Assembly (NCBI RefSeq): GCF_018350175.1
Contig: NC_058379.1
Location: 27,714,001-27,778,000, forward strand
Direction of reading: 5' to 3'
From: Felis catus
Taxonomy: Eukaryota
DNA: 64,000 bases
How positions within the stretch are numbered: the stretch's first letter is position 1; every line of letters starts with the position of its first letter. The notes beneath the pieces were generated by a model, which was given only the letters and a program-made list of their open reading frames with translations, was not told the DNA's origin and searched no databases. This document shows positions 61,235 to 64,000 of the stretch, one piece after another. The translations under genes and the position numbers were made by a program.

Positions 61235-62939
61235 CTGCAGGGGACAGATAGTGGGAAGGGGTGAGGGTGACAGGTGCCCATCAAACCAACGACAAATGGG
61301 GAGGTTAGGTGCTCTTGGCCAGGTGGAGGCTCCACACACTGGCCTCTGTCTGGCCTGGAGTTAGCTCCTGGCATGAGGGTCTCCCCACTGCCTTCCATCT
61401 CCTCCCTGGCAGCAGCCACTCCAAGAAAGGGCTGTGCTGAGCACAAATCCTGCCTCCAGAATGTGGCTCTGTGAGGGCGAATCTTTTGCTCTTTGTTAGG
61501 TCCTGCATCCCCAGCCCCTAAAACAACATGGGGCATGCACAGTGGCTAATAATGCTAGCTGGATGAGTAAATGGAGGAGGCAGTGGAACCAGGATTCAGG
61601 CCACAGGACTGATTCAAGGCTAGTGGGGCCCTCAGTCACCCAGTGCCAGGAACACATGGTTCTTCCAGGTGAGATGCCTGGTGCCCAGTGCACGGGCTGC
61701 TGTGAACTGTCACTGGAGGTCCTAATGCCTGACGAGGGTGACCCTGGAGGGATGGGGGTGGAGGCAGGGCAGACATCCCCACCAAGAAGCCTGCCTCTTG
61801 GGGGTTTGCCCTGGACATCCCCAAACTCTGGCATTTGAACACCCTATCTCTACCAATGCCTGGGCCTGGGCTCTACAGAAGGAAGAAGCAGCAGCTGGAC
61901 CCAGCCAGGATGGTGAGCTGGGGGTGGGGCTGCCTAGAATATAGGAAACAATAGAAAAAAACTTTGAGAGGAAATGGTTGCCTGTGGAAGAGGGTCAGAC
62001 CAGGGCAATGGGTCATACCAGTTGCCTTGTCCTAGATTTAACTTTGGAAGCGTGGAGCTTCTTTTTCACACGATCATAAAATTAAAAAAAAAAAAAAAGC
62101 AATGCCAAACATCAGAAGCAAAATCAAAGTGACCCCAGGAGTGTCTCAAATTGCTAGCAGGACCACACACAATGGGCATCTCTAAGTGATTTAAAAACAT
62201 GGGGATTTAACTCTGTACACCTCCAGGGATGTGCCCTAGGACAGAGTCTTACAAGGGTCTCAGTTCTGGTGGTGACCACAGTCACTTTCAGCTTGTAGGC
62301 TGTGGGGGAAGCCAAGGGTCCTCTGGCCAGAGTGGAAAACACAGCTGTGAGGTCAGTGAGGCTAGGGACAATCCATGAGCCAGAATTTAAACAGAAAGTA
62401 CCACTGTGAGGCATGGAGCGTTTTCTCTTCTAAAAAGAAAACTCCCTAGCAATCCTGGCCAGAAAAACCTAAAACAGCTATCCGGGAGAAGGCACCCCGG
62501 CCCAGGCCCTAGAAGGGGAGCTGAGGTCTCCGGCGGGAAATGGACAAAGTGAGCCAGGAGTAGGGCTCTGAGCCTCATATGTGGGGTCGAGCTGCTCGGG
62601 AGCTGACTTCAGTAGGCACTGCTGGCCCCAGCCGGGACAAGTCATCAGACACTAAAAACCGAGCTGACCATGAAAGAAGGAATGAAAGGAAGAAGCTTTG
62701 GACGTGTTTGGAGGGTGCTGGGGCCTACCCATCCTTGAAGAAACTGGTCAGAAGGGAGAGAATGGCAGCACTTACCCCACCTTTCACCACACATCACGCC
62801 TCCTGATGGAGGACACAGACCCCCTGGAGAAGCCCACCCCGTCTGAGCAAACCTGTTGTGCTAACCCCTGCTGGGAGGAAACAGCCCTCAGAGGACCAGG
62901 TAGCCTGTACTTGAGGTGCTTTTAAACTCTGTGGTTCCT

Positions 62940-63235
62940 TTTCCACTGGGTGTGTGCCAGGCTTAGTGACTGTCTTGTAACAAAGAGAAGGAGGCAGAAG
63001 TGGCAGTGTATGCCTTCAGAGACGGTTATACAAGGCACGATGGCTCCCTTATTGTTCCTTCCGTCTCTGTCACCCATTCCTGGCTGTGGGGAAAGCCAGC
63101 CGCCATGTTGTGAGGACACTCAAGCTGCCCTGTGGAGAGCCCGTGTGACATGGCAGTGGGGCCTCCTCAGAGCAGCCAGCAGCCCCAGGCTGACCCAGCA
63201 TAAACCAAGGGCCCGCAGAGCCCAGCTGCAGGGCT
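62940..63235 (+). mobile_element. MaLR LTR fragment (MLT1-type)
   Basis: Characteristic GGGGAAAGCCAGCCGCCATGTTGTGAGGACACTCAAGC.GCCCTGTGGAGAG.CC segment. Confidence 0.75.
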
Positions 63236-63724
63236 TCGGAATGTGTGTTTAAAAAAGTATTCATTCCCAATTCATGACTTCTTTTCCTTTGAGATAATTA
63301 CCAGCTTTGAACAAGCAGCACTGAGAAAACTACTAGTTTCCTAGTTTCTAAATGGCAATATTTGCTACTTTTCTATAAATGCAGGCCCTTGTAATTATCA
63401 CATACACCAAAGCTGCTGAAATCCCTTCCCCAATCCCTGTGCAGGCCCAGCTGGGTTGGCTGCCTGGCCTCTGCCCTCCACACCAGATTTCCAGGTTCAC
63501 GCCCCTGGCCTGGAGCTGGGCCTCCACCAGGCAGCTGTGCTCCCCACAGCTGCCTGGTTCCTGGGCCTTGGGTCTTCTTGACATCCCTCCACTGACCACC
63601 TATCTCAGCCAATGCAGGTGACTGGTCCAACTTCTAGGCCATGGATCCCCTCCCCACTCTCAGCCCTTCCCTGAGGTTTCCAGGTCTCTGCACCACCCTC
63701 TCTATAGCCATCTCTCCCCACTAT

Positions 63725-63985
63725 CCCCAACAGGGATCTTTCCTGAGGATAGATCTAACCTTGTTCTCACCTGCTTAAAGCCCCTCATGTCCCCACTCTG
63801 TGTGGCATTCAAGGCCCTCCACACATGGCTCTGGCCCACATTCCCAGAACATCCTGTGCCCTCATAGACCCCAGGCCAGGGCTGGTTCCTTCCTGCTGCG
63901 TCCAGGCACCTGGCCCTCCATGCCTGCTCCAGAACCACTCACTGTGTGCAAGGTCCTGCCCAGCCTTCAGCCATGCATACCATGC
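63725..63985 (+). mobile_element. LINE-2 fragment
   Basis: GGGATCTTTC...AGATCT.ACC.TGT.CTC.CCTGCTTAAAGCCC...GGCATTCAAGGCCCTCCAC resembles the L2 3' region. Confidence 0.55.
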
Positions 63986-64000
63986 TCATGGTCTCTCTTC

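Overview
Mammalian genomic DNA, almost certainly from a felid (many tRNA-derived Can-SINE/SINEC_Fc-type elements), orthologous to the human 22q11.2 TANGO2-ARVCF-COMT interval in reverse orientation. The window holds the complete ARVCF gene (armadillo-repeat p120/delta-catenin family) on the + strand. It has a CpG-island promoter with a non-coding exon 1 (~9830-10054), a 54-nt non-coding exon 2 (15546-15599), 17 coding exons (37868-58305; 2883 nt, 960 aa, all GT-AG with consistent phases, ending in the PDZ ligand DSWV) and a terminal 3'UTR exon (58769-~59580). The last coding exon and 3'UTR of COMT lie tail-to-tail on the - strand (61234-61034; polyA signal 60386-60391). A second CpG island at ~5180-5750 carries a - strand first exon assigned to TANGO2 by synteny only. 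The rest is intronic: SINEs with target-site duplications, a gapped L1 block (21640-26140), MIR/L2/MLT fragments, microsatellites and probable decayed ERV-pol remnants. I found no prokaryote-type system and no convincing new protein-coding gene. The most interesting signals are layers of ARVCF isoform control: a uORF-laden exon 2, an internal CpG-island first exon giving an MPAELRQ N-terminus, an 18-nt microexon splitting a basic motif, a skippable PDZ-motif exon, and clustered RFX-like motifs. Comparisons to human and mouse are from memory and were not verified by a search.
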